The notes below the pieces were generated by a model, which did not search any database, had not been told where the DNA came from, and saw only the letters and a program-made list of their open reading frames with translations. A stretch of DNA of 51,319 nt. Origin: an uncultured Pseudomonadota bacterium (lineage in GTDB: Bacteria; Babelota; Babeliae; Babelales; RVW-14). Where the stretch lies: contig CAYHBO010000006.1 of NCBI GenBank assembly GCA_964354855.1, forward strand, positions 1 to 51,319. Direction: 5' to 3'. Positions 8,922 to 17,222 of this stretch are shown in pieces. A program made the translations under genes and the position numbers. The stretch's first letter is position 1. Each line of letters begins with the position of its first letter.

Positions 8922-10690
8922 TAGCAGCACAAGAAACATCTCCTAAAAATACAATAAAACAATCTGAAGACATCATCCAAGGCGCAAAGTATCGCTGGAA
9001 GCTAAAGACGCCAGATAACGACCTGATCAACACCATCAGCAAAACACACAACCTCAGTAAACCGGTTGCGCACATTTTATTTTCTCGTGGCTACCATGAT
9101 CATGATCAAATCAGATCATTTTTATTCAGCTCCTATGAACAAGATGTTGCCAACCCGGCTTTACTTAAAGGTGCTTCTGCTGCTGCTGCACGCATCATTC
9201 AAGCCATTGAGAAGAACGAAAAGATTTTGATTTTTGGTGATTATGATGTTGATGGCATTACCTCATCAGGGTTACTCATGCTTGCCATGCTCCCCATCAA
9301 AGCAAACATTAATTTTTTTCTTCCTAACCGTAAACGTGATGGGTACGGGCTTTCCAGTAAAATTGTTAAAAAAGCAAAAGAACATGGCTATAGCCTTATC
9401 ATCACCGTTGACAACGGAATTACCGCATTTCAACCGGCACAAGATGCTCATGAGCTTGGTATCGATTTAATCATAACCGATCACCATCGGCCTCATGGCA
9501 AGACACCCATCGCCTTAGCAATCGTTAATCCACAACAAGATGATTGTACCTATCCATTTAAACATTTTGCCGGCGTTGGTGTTATTTTTAAATTGGTAAC
9601 GTTGATCTACGAACAACTCACTTTGACACTGCCCGACAAAGTTTATGAGCTCCTGATGCTCGGCACCGTTGCCGACGTTGTACCATTACTCGGTGAAAAT
9701 CGATTTTGGGTACGTCACGGGTTAGCAAAAAGTAATAAGCAACGAAGCTTTGCTATGTCGGTTCTTGCGCAGAATACCAAGCTCACCAAAGATGTCCTTA
9801 ACTCAACCGACATCGGATTCATGATTACGCCACAAATTAATGCTTTGGGACGTCTTGATGACCCTCGTGATGGCGTAAAATTTTTAATCAGCTCTGAGTA
9901 TCCCGAAGTTGAACGTATCGGCATGATTCTAAAAAAGATGAATGAAGACCGAAAAAAAATTGAGCGCACCATCTATGATGCCATCGAAGAAGCTATTGCT
10001 GAAAAGAACATCAATCTCGACGTTGAAAATACTATTGTTGCCGGCAATAAAGAATGGCAAGCCGGGGTCATCGGATTAGTTGCTGGTAAACTTATGCACA
10101 ACTTTGGACGCCCTACCATACTATTCCACTTAACTCATGATGGCATCGCTAAAGGTTCGTGCCGCTCCATTCCTGAATTTAATATTTTTAATGCGCTAGA
10201 AGGCTGCAAAGATATTTTAATTTCATTCGGTGGCCACTCATTTGCAGCAGGACTTTCACTCAAACAAGAAGATATTCCTGAACTTAAACGTCGCATAGAG
10301 AAAGCGGTATCTGAACAACTAACCCCAGAAGACTTACAACCTAAAATTGAGCTTGATGCGTATCTTGATCTTCCTGAGGTCAACACCAGGCTTATGCATG
10401 ATCTTTCATACCTTGAACCATTTGGACACAAAAATTCACAACCAACCTTCTTAATTAAAAACGTTACCATGCTTAATCAAGCACAGATGCTTAAAGATTT
10501 GCATGTTAAATGCTCAGTCTTTGCTGAAGGAACCATTAAACCGGTCATTTTCTTTAATCGACCAGAACTCTTCAACATCTTAAATGCCCTTGATGGCCAA
10601 CCATTTCATTTAGCTGGACAGGTACTTAAGAATGAATGGGAAGGCGTCACGCGGATTGAATTGCAGGGATTGGACATCGCGTTTGATTAG
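8918..10690 (+). CDS. recJ: Single-stranded-DNA-specific exonuclease RecJ
   Basis: GDYDVDG, GYG, ITVDNG, ITDHH, GTVADVVPL, GSCRS, GGHSFAAG, LEPFG. Confidence 0.96.
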   Translation: MIAAQETSPKNTIKQSEDIIQGAKYRWKLKTPDNDLINTISKTHNLSKPVAHILFSRGYHDHDQIRSFLFSSYEQDVANPALLKGASAAAARIIQAIEKNEKILIFGDYDVDGITSSGLLMLAMLPIKANINFFLPNRKRDGYGLSSKIVKKAKEHGYSLIITVDNGITAFQPAQDAHELGIDLIITDHHRPHGKTPIALAIVNPQQDDCTYPFKHFAGVGVIFKLVTLIYEQLTLTLPDKVYELLMLGTVADVVPLLGENRFWVRHGLAKSNKQRSFAMSVLAQNTKLTKDVLNSTDIGFMITPQINALGRLDDPRDGVKFLISSEYPEVERIGMILKKMNEDRKKIERTIYDAIEEAIAEKNINLDVENTIVAGNKEWQAGVIGLVAGKLMHNFGRPTILFHLTHDGIAKGSCRSIPEFNIFNALEGCKDILISFGGHSFAAGLSLKQEDIPELKRRIEKAVSEQLTPEDLQPKIELDAYLDLPEVNTRLMHDLSYLEPFGHKNSQPTFLIKNVTMLNQAQMLKDLHVKCSVFAEGTIKPVIFFNRPELFNILNALDGQPFHLAGQVLKNEWEGVTRIELQGLDIAFD

Positions 10691-10701
10691 ATTCGCAAGC
10701 T

Positions 10702-13700
10702 CTAGATTTTATCCCAGAACTCCCATGACGGATACGGTTCAATAGAATCGTAATCCTCAAAGAGCCTATCCATGAACATGACATTGAATGACTTTGGCAT
10801 GGTAATGGATTCAATCATTTTGATTGCGGCTACGAAATCGTCTCGATTCCCCGGTCGAATCACCCCACTTGCTTCAGGATCTTTGGCAATCATCTCAAGC
10901 GTTGCCAATAAACGAATCAACAAGCGTGCACCTTCATGTTGCGCTGGATGACTGATCAATAACTTCTTTTTAGTTTTCTTTGCTCTCGATGCTTTTTCAT
11001 CACCTTCTTTTTGTTTTTGTGGTTTTCCTTCGAACGAGTACGTGCCATCTACAAACGAAACTTGACCATTACGTTCAGCTTCTTTAATAGCTTCGCCATG
11101 CTGATAGCCCCAGGTGGAATTTTTTTCAAGACCCGTACAAAGTTCAGAAGTTGGCATGACCGTTGCAACACCATAATCAGCTTGATATTTGTTAACAACT
11201 TTGGTGGTGATCGATGGGATAGCAAATGTTTTTTTAATGCGATCTTCACTCATAAAATCAAAAGCAAACACACCAGAATCGGTCCCACGACTATCCCAAT
11301 CAAGCCGATAGATACCATCCATAAATGATCCGTATGAACTGTTGACTGGTACATTGAAAAGTGCAGGGATATCATAAACTTGAGGGGGGAGTTTTCCTTC
11401 CCATGCTTCAAACACCGGCTGTACGGCATGAAGGACACCATCAGGGGATTGTTTTACCACACACGGAGCAACCATAAATAGTTCATTTTTAAGCGTTAAT
11501 TCATCACGACCACCAACATGGGTAAATAGAAGATTACCCAATGTTGCATACCATGAAGCACGCAGAAATCGCAGCATTGGTCGTAGAATAAACTCGTCTT
11601 TACAGCCTTCTAAACAGGAAAAACATTCATACAATTTAACCCCTTTACTCGACATAATAAACTGATCACGCAGACCATGCGTTTGCTTATCTTCAGAGAT
11701 TCCCACTTCGCCAATATCTTCCCACAGAGCTTTTAGACGATCATTCTCAATATGATTAGCAAATAAGTCCTGCATGATCGATGAAAAAACACAAACTTGC
11801 TTAAGTGACAAAAGTTGAACGTTAACGTAAGATTTCGATCTGCCATAAATTTTTTCTAACATAATAAGTTCTTTTTTTGATTTCTCAGTTACCTGATCAC
11901 GTAAGAACTTCTTAAGATCCGGCACCACGCTTTCAAGATGCTTTTGCAAAAAGACCGTCAAGGCTTCAACCCCAATCCCCGTCAAATCACCCTCGCCACG
12001 CTCAACAATCAATTTATGAAGATATAATCTCACTAACGTTTCAAGCTCAAGCGCTTCACTAATTTTTTGTGATGTACTACGCGTTTGCATTGAATACAAC
12101 AACTCGCCACCGCTTACAAAATCATGATAAATACTGTTGTGCACATCAAATTTTGTATCAATCAGTGCAAGCTGTTGTAGAAGATAATTCACACGAATAT
12201 TTTCACGTGAAGAACGCGGATACATACTTAAAAAGTCTACAAAGATAACCTGCTTAATACCTTGTTCTTTAAACTTATTAACCAAATCATCCATGAAAAC
12301 TTTGTAGGGCAATGGAAAACGAACACCGTTAAAAAAAAGCATCTGTTCAGATTTAATATTTTTTAATCCTTCAGATTTAACATCGGCCAACGGCTGTAAA
12401 CAACGAATCTCAGCATAATTATCACGATTAAATAAAAAATATTCACCTTCAAAAGAAAACGGAATCCAATAATTATCATAATCTTTTTTTAGCAGCACAA
12501 GATTTCTCAAAAATGCTTTATCTGCCGTAGCTACATTCTGTAACGAAGGATCAAAAAAACCTGATTGATGAATACGATTTCTAACCGAGATCAAATCAGT
12601 TTCATACTTATTCTCGTAGACTACAGCATCTTTTCGTACAAGACTTTGTATGGTATCAAGTTTCTCAAAAAAGCGCTTTTCAGTATTAATATCAACAAAA
12701 ACAAGTCCATCAGGTTTATAGGTAAAGTGACTCATCTGAGCTGGTAAATCGGCAATATAAACTTTATCGTGAAACTGAAAAACTTCCGCAAGTTGAGAAG
12801 ATGAGTTATCAACGTGCTCATAATGCTCAACATTATTACCATACTTCATCCAGTTTTTAATATTCCCCAACATGGTACTTTTACCCACACCGTCAACAAA
12901 ACTACAAAAAATATAAACCGTCTTTTCACCATTTTGCGGAACTAACTGCTGAGCAAATCGTTCAACAAACACTTGTGCATGTCGCGTCGCCCCTTTTTGT
13001 TGTGAATTAAAAATCTCTATGGGATAGGTAATATCAGGACCGGTAAAATATTTTTTAAGCGGTACCGGTGATGCTAATAGATGCTTTGCACCTTCAACAG
13101 AAAAGAGAATGTCTTGTGTTCCTGCAACTTGTTTGTTACCAACCTTCAGGTATCCCCCGTAAAGTTTCTCCCAAAATTTTATCAAAAGTGAAAGTACTTT
13201 ACGATACTCATTGTTTTTAATAACTTTCATAATTGCTTGATGGGTAGAATCAATCAACGGCAATGCCTCACCAAAAGCATGCTCCTGAAAAATACCTGCA
13301 CGAGCGTCAAAAAGCGAAATCTTATCCACATTGATGTGCTCAAAAATTTGATCAGAACTTTTAACGCGATTCACGTCTTTCAAGGTAAAACCGGTCATGA
13401 ATCCAAACCGATTATGCAATTTGAGCGACCATCCTGCATTGTTTTTAGTTGTTGCTTCATCATTAATTTTCGCTGCTTTAAAATCAGTGTAGTACGGCGG
13501 CATTGAAGCCTCTTCGTAGCCAAGAATAGCAAAACGACCATGCAAATTAAGATCGTTACGGACTAACTCTTTTTCTAGTAAACGAAAACTTTCTGAAGTT
13601 TGTTGCAGGATGAATGGGTGGTACTCATGCACATAGCGACCTTCTGGACTAAACTCAAAGTGCTTAAGAAAACTTTTAATAAAATCATGTTCAGAGCCAA

Positions 13701-13779
13701 CGGATAACAAAGGTGTTGAGGCAGAAACACTGTAAGAAAGAAATGTGAGAAAAAAAACGAATATAGTTTTAAACATCAT
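10702..13779 (-). CDS. Large exported hypothetical protein with degenerate P-loop/small-GTPase-like motifs
   Basis: Long ORF; GGGGG RBS before ATG 13779/13776; signal peptide MFKTIFVFFLTFLSYSVSA; FVDGVGKSTML and IADLPAQ motifs. Confidence 0.8.
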   Translation of the reverse strand: MMFKTIFVFFLTFLSYSVSASTPLLSVGSEHDFIKSFLKHFEFSPEGRYVHEYHPFILQQTSESFRLLEKELVRNDLNLHGRFAILGYEEASMPPYYTDFKAAKINDEATTKNNAGWSLKLHNRFGFMTGFTLKDVNRVKSSDQIFEHINVDKISLFDARAGIFQEHAFGEALPLIDSTHQAIMKVIKNNEYRKVLSLLIKFWEKLYGGYLKVGNKQVAGTQDILFSVEGAKHLLASPVPLKKYFTGPDITYPIEIFNSQQKGATRHAQVFVERFAQQLVPQNGEKTVYIFCSFVDGVGKSTMLGNIKNWMKYGNNVEHYEHVDNSSSQLAEVFQFHDKVYIADLPAQMSHFTYKPDGLVFVDINTEKRFFEKLDTIQSLVRKDAVVYENKYETDLISVRNRIHQSGFFDPSLQNVATADKAFLRNLVLLKKDYDNYWIPFSFEGEYFLFNRDNYAEIRCLQPLADVKSEGLKNIKSEQMLFFNGVRFPLPYKVFMDDLVNKFKEQGIKQVIFVDFLSMYPRSSRENIRVNYLLQQLALIDTKFDVHNSIYHDFVSGGELLYSMQTRSTSQKISEALELETLVRLYLHKLIVERGEGDLTGIGVEALTVFLQKHLESVVPDLKKFLRDQVTEKSKKELIMLEKIYGRSKSYVNVQLLSLKQVCVFSSIMQDLFANHIENDRLKALWEDIGEVGISEDKQTHGLRDQFIMSSKGVKLYECFSCLEGCKDEFILRPMLRFLRASWYATLGNLLFTHVGGRDELTLKNELFMVAPCVVKQSPDGVLHAVQPVFEAWEGKLPPQVYDIPALFNVPVNSSYGSFMDGIYRLDWDSRGTDSGVFAFDFMSEDRIKKTFAIPSITTKVVNKYQADYGVATVMPTSELCTGLEKNSTWGYQHGEAIKEAERNGQVSFVDGTYSFEGKPQKQKEGDEKASRAKKTKKKLLISHPAQHEGARLLIRLLATLEMIAKDPEASGVIRPGNRDDFVAAIKMIESITMPKSFNVMFMDRLFEDYDSIEPYPSWEFWDKI

Positions 13780-14662
13780 TATAACCCCCAGCAGCTTTTT
13801 TCTTCCCGTCTTGTGCATCAAGAAATATATCATAATCTTTTTGCTGTTTGTTCTTGAGAAGCGTCATAAGCTCTTTGCAGGTTTTCATGACTTCCAAGTA
13901 GTCCGCTTCATACTTACTTTTGAAAAGTTTTTTAACCACAAAATCAAGCTCATAGTAATAACGATCAACCATCTCAAAGTCTTTAAGAAGAATTCCCTCA
14001 TTAAAAAGCTTCAACAGATAATCAAAACTCAGTGCATAAAAATCAAAAACCGAAGTACACCCTGAATCTCTCAAATATAAAAAGAGATTTTTAGTCTTTA
14101 CACCTGTACCCATTTTTCTGATTCCCTCAGAAAGTTTGCCATTTTTCTCTGGTAAGAACACACGCCGTGTCGTTAGATTGACACTGGCTTTTTTTAAGAA
14201 CTCATTAATGAAACTACACTGATCAACTACATATTCCCAATACCCAGCAATCTTAAAACCGTCAGCTTTATCAAAAAAATAAAACCATGGTTTCTCAGAA
14301 AAAATATAGACCACATTAGCAATACCTTCAGCAATGTGGACAGGAGTCATGCGTGCAAAAAAATTCTCACGAATCACAAAAACCTTAGGATAAAACTTAG
14401 AAAGATACTTTTTATAAAAGGGGTTCTCTTCACACACCTCTTGAGACTTTTCACTATCACTTATAGTTCCTGTAGCCACATTTTGCTCTTCTACAGAAGC
14501 AAGCGGTACTGCAGCTTCCTGCTCGCTTACACAAAGATTTTGAAAGAAATCCTGTAACACAGCTTCTTTCGATATTTTTTTTATTGTATCAGCATGAATT
14601 GATGTAGAAAGTACTAAGAGAAGACTTAAGAAGAATAATTTTTTGATCATAATGGTTCTCAC
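13769..14662 (-). CDS. Exported hypothetical protein
   Basis: 297-aa ORF with signal peptide (MIKKLFFLSLLLVLSTSIHA). GTGA overlap with the upstream stop; alternative ATG at 14650. Confidence 0.8.
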   Translation of the reverse strand: MRTIMIKKLFFLSLLLVLSTSIHADTIKKISKEAVLQDFFQNLCVSEQEAAVPLASVEEQNVATGTISDSEKSQEVCEENPFYKKYLSKFYPKVFVIRENFFARMTPVHIAEGIANVVYIFSEKPWFYFFDKADGFKIAGYWEYVVDQCSFINEFLKKASVNLTTRRVFLPEKNGKLSEGIRKMGTGVKTKNLFLYLRDSGCTSVFDFYALSFDYLLKLFNEGILLKDFEMVDRYYYELDFVVKKLFKSKYEADYLEVMKTCKELMTLLKNKQQKDYDIFLDAQDGKKKAAGGYNDV

Positions 14663-15606
14663 CGGAGCAGATGCTCAACTAATTGTTTTGCTGCAACATC
14701 AAGCTTGCGACAAGTCGCCAATGTTTGTATCTGAACCTGTTTATCAATAGTATCCAATTGGAGAACGCAACCGGTTAGCTGCACTACCGATCCAAAAACG
14801 ATCATAAGATTTTGGATTGCTCGATCATTAATAAAGATATCTATCGGTTTTTTAACTTTTTTCATAATTGCCGTTATAGCTGCCAGATCTTCAAATGAAG
14901 AAACAAGAGCTTCCCAAGCAACCATCAAATCTTCACAGGTCAGAATCTTTAACTGTTGATCTCCAGATGATTTAAGCACCAATGCAATTCCGGACTCAAA
15001 GCTCAACAACGCATTCTGCATTGCAGCCGCTCCATGAAGGAACCGTGTTGCATACCGAGTAAAAATCTGGTTACTATTCTCACCCCAAAAACGATTAAAT
15101 AAATTTCCTGGCGCTATAGGAGCATTTTCCCATGCCGCATTAAAACGTTTCAAGATAACCGCGGCAGCCGCAGCACTAAGCCCAAAAATAACCGCCTGCT
15201 TAAGATTACCTTTCACCGTACGACGTTCCATAAAATCATTAAGTATCTCTTTATCTAGATCTTCTCGTGCTTTTGATGTTGTTGTTGATTTTTTATCGTG
15301 CTCTATCTCTTTTTTATTAACCGATGGATAAAACCAACGATAGGTTAGCCAACCAAGTCCGCCTAGCACCGCAGCGCTCGTAATCCCTACGCCAAAAAAC
15401 CGACGTTTTCTCATCGAGAGAAAAGATGTTTCCAACTCTTTATGTTTAGCATCAATACGATCCCACGCAAGCTCTCGCAAATGCAGAGAAAACGGAACCG
15501 GTTCGGTTTTTTCCTGAACCGGTTCCGTAGCATTAATCGAAGTAAAAAACAAAGCTGATAACACAACAAAAAATGAGGGTAAACGTTTTTTAGGGAGTTT
15601 AAGCAC
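14659..15606 (-). CDS. Exported/membrane hypothetical protein with two internal hydrophobic segments
   Basis: GTG 15606 after GGTGGT, overlapping the upstream stop; signal peptide ..KKRLPSFFVVLSALFFTSINA; hydrophobic FFGVGITSAAVLGGLGWLTY and AVIFGLSAAAAAVIL. Confidence 0.75.
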   Translation of the reverse strand: MLKLPKKRLPSFFVVLSALFFTSINATEPVQEKTEPVPFSLHLRELAWDRIDAKHKELETSFLSMRKRRFFGVGITSAAVLGGLGWLTYRWFYPSVNKKEIEHDKKSTTTSKAREDLDKEILNDFMERRTVKGNLKQAVIFGLSAAAAAVILKRFNAAWENAPIAPGNLFNRFWGENSNQIFTRYATRFLHGAAAMQNALLSFESGIALVLKSSGDQQLKILTCEDLMVAWEALVSSFEDLAAITAIMKKVKKPIDIFINDRAIQNLMIVFGSVVQLTGCVLQLDTIDKQVQIQTLATCRKLDVAAKQLVEHLLR

Positions 15607-17107
15607 CCATACCACCATAACCATAAGAATTAGGGAATGCCGCATCAGCATCATCATCTCGACGACTTGAAGGGCGGGCAGCTTTTGTAGACGTACCACC
15701 TTTTGTTGCTAATGAATAACTTTGAGGCTTTATCTCATCTTCTTCACTTAATCGTTTAAGAAGACTTGCAATATTCTTTTTATAAGCCGTAAGTACCGGT
15801 TTACATGAATGAAGCGCGGCATCAAAATCTTTGAGCGTTTTTGATGCCGTTAGAATTGATATCAACTTATTCAAACGCTTGGTCAGCTGATTAACATAAA
15901 AGGTAACCATAGATTTATTTTTATAATGTTTCTTACGAGCTTCAAAAACTTCAACCATCTTACCAAACTGTTCAGCATAACCTTCCATTAAAGCGGTCCA
16001 GATAAAGTCTTTTTCTTCTTCTGCTTTATTCTCAAGATCACTATCAGCTGATTGACCATCTTGTGTCTCAGGAACAGGCCGTACTGTGAAATCGCTTCCA
16101 CGCATACTATCTTTTAAGCCGTCTTTGAGCATCTTCTCGATATCATCTAAAATTTCTTTAACAAGCTCTGACCAGTTAGCAATATCTTGTTGTGTAAACG
16201 GTTCTTTTCCACCATAGAACAGTAGATTGCCAATTCCTGAACAAGCATCCATTAATTTTTTGAACCCCATGTCGAACCAACGCCCAACCGTTTGTTCTAA
16301 AGCATTCTCCATCCGTCGTCCTAAAACGTCACCTAACTTTTTAGCACCGTTAGCAATCAAACCCTGTTGTACAGCATCACTCCATGTTTCTATGGTGCTT
16401 ACATCAAGTTGTTCCCATGATTCTCCCGCCAAACCTTGTGCTAACAAAGCTTTACTATCAGTTGGTCGCCATAGTTTAGCAAGCTGATTCTTTATTATGC
16501 TTCTTGCTTTATCGTCATCATGATATTCTAAAATATCAGATTCTGATATTTTGCCTAACACCTCAATTTTCGCAGTTATCTTAGCTTTAATCGCTGCATT
16601 ATCCATTATTTCTTTATTTATGTCTGCAACAGCTTCAGCCGTTGTTTTATACCCATCTACTTCATATGCATTCTTCGCTGGCATAGATTTTTGACCCTGC
16701 CCCCCAAGAACCGCAGCGCATTTCTTTTCAATCTGTTCTTTTTCATTGCTGAATTTCGCTAACTTACAATTCAGCTCTCTCTGAATCCCATCTAAGCGTT
16801 CTCTTTCTTCTATTTGATATTGACGAAAAGATTTCCCATTTTTACCTATTCCATTTTTGTATTCTGTATATTCTTCAACAAATTGTTGAGTTTCCCTTTT
16901 GTTGTTATCCATCGTTGCTAGGAGTCCTTCAAGGTGGGTATTTATCGTGGATTTTGCCATTATTTTTGCTAACTCTTTAGGGATGCTGGCACCATACCGC
17001 ATCATCTGCATACTATCATCAAGAACTCCCAGTAATGCCGACGAACTAAAACACAGTAGAAGCGTAAGGAAAAATTTACTCTTATAAACATTAAAAGTAC
17101 GAACCAT
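15599..17107 (-). CDS. Exported alpha-helical/coiled-coil hypothetical protein
   Basis: ATG 17107 after GAGG; signal peptide ..KSKFFLTLLLCFSSSALLG; heptad-like E/K/Q-rich stretches; low-complexity tail ending GYGGMGA. Confidence 0.8.
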   Translation of the reverse strand: MVRTFNVYKSKFFLTLLLCFSSSALLGVLDDSMQMMRYGASIPKELAKIMAKSTINTHLEGLLATMDNNKRETQQFVEEYTEYKNGIGKNGKSFRQYQIEERERLDGIQRELNCKLAKFSNEKEQIEKKCAAVLGGQGQKSMPAKNAYEVDGYKTTAEAVADINKEIMDNAAIKAKITAKIEVLGKISESDILEYHDDDKARSIIKNQLAKLWRPTDSKALLAQGLAGESWEQLDVSTIETWSDAVQQGLIANGAKKLGDVLGRRMENALEQTVGRWFDMGFKKLMDACSGIGNLLFYGGKEPFTQQDIANWSELVKEILDDIEKMLKDGLKDSMRGSDFTVRPVPETQDGQSADSDLENKAEEEKDFIWTALMEGYAEQFGKMVEVFEARKKHYKNKSMVTFYVNQLTKRLNKLISILTASKTLKDFDAALHSCKPVLTAYKKNIASLLKRLSEEDEIKPQSYSLATKGGTSTKAARPSSRRDDDADAAFPNSYGYGGMGA

Positions 17108-17222
17108 AATAAACCTCTTGTAGATATAAATTATACAATAAAAATAGTTAAGAAGAGCAGTATAGCAAGGCATAAAACCATTGCAACCACCCTTCCAGGT
17201 AATTAATTACAGAAATATTTTG

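Noticed and set aside
15599-15625. GYGGMGA tail resembling the GroEL/DnaK GGM tail
   Set aside because: It is a single GGM that overlaps the next gene's RBS and start (GGTGGT..GTG), which explains the composition.
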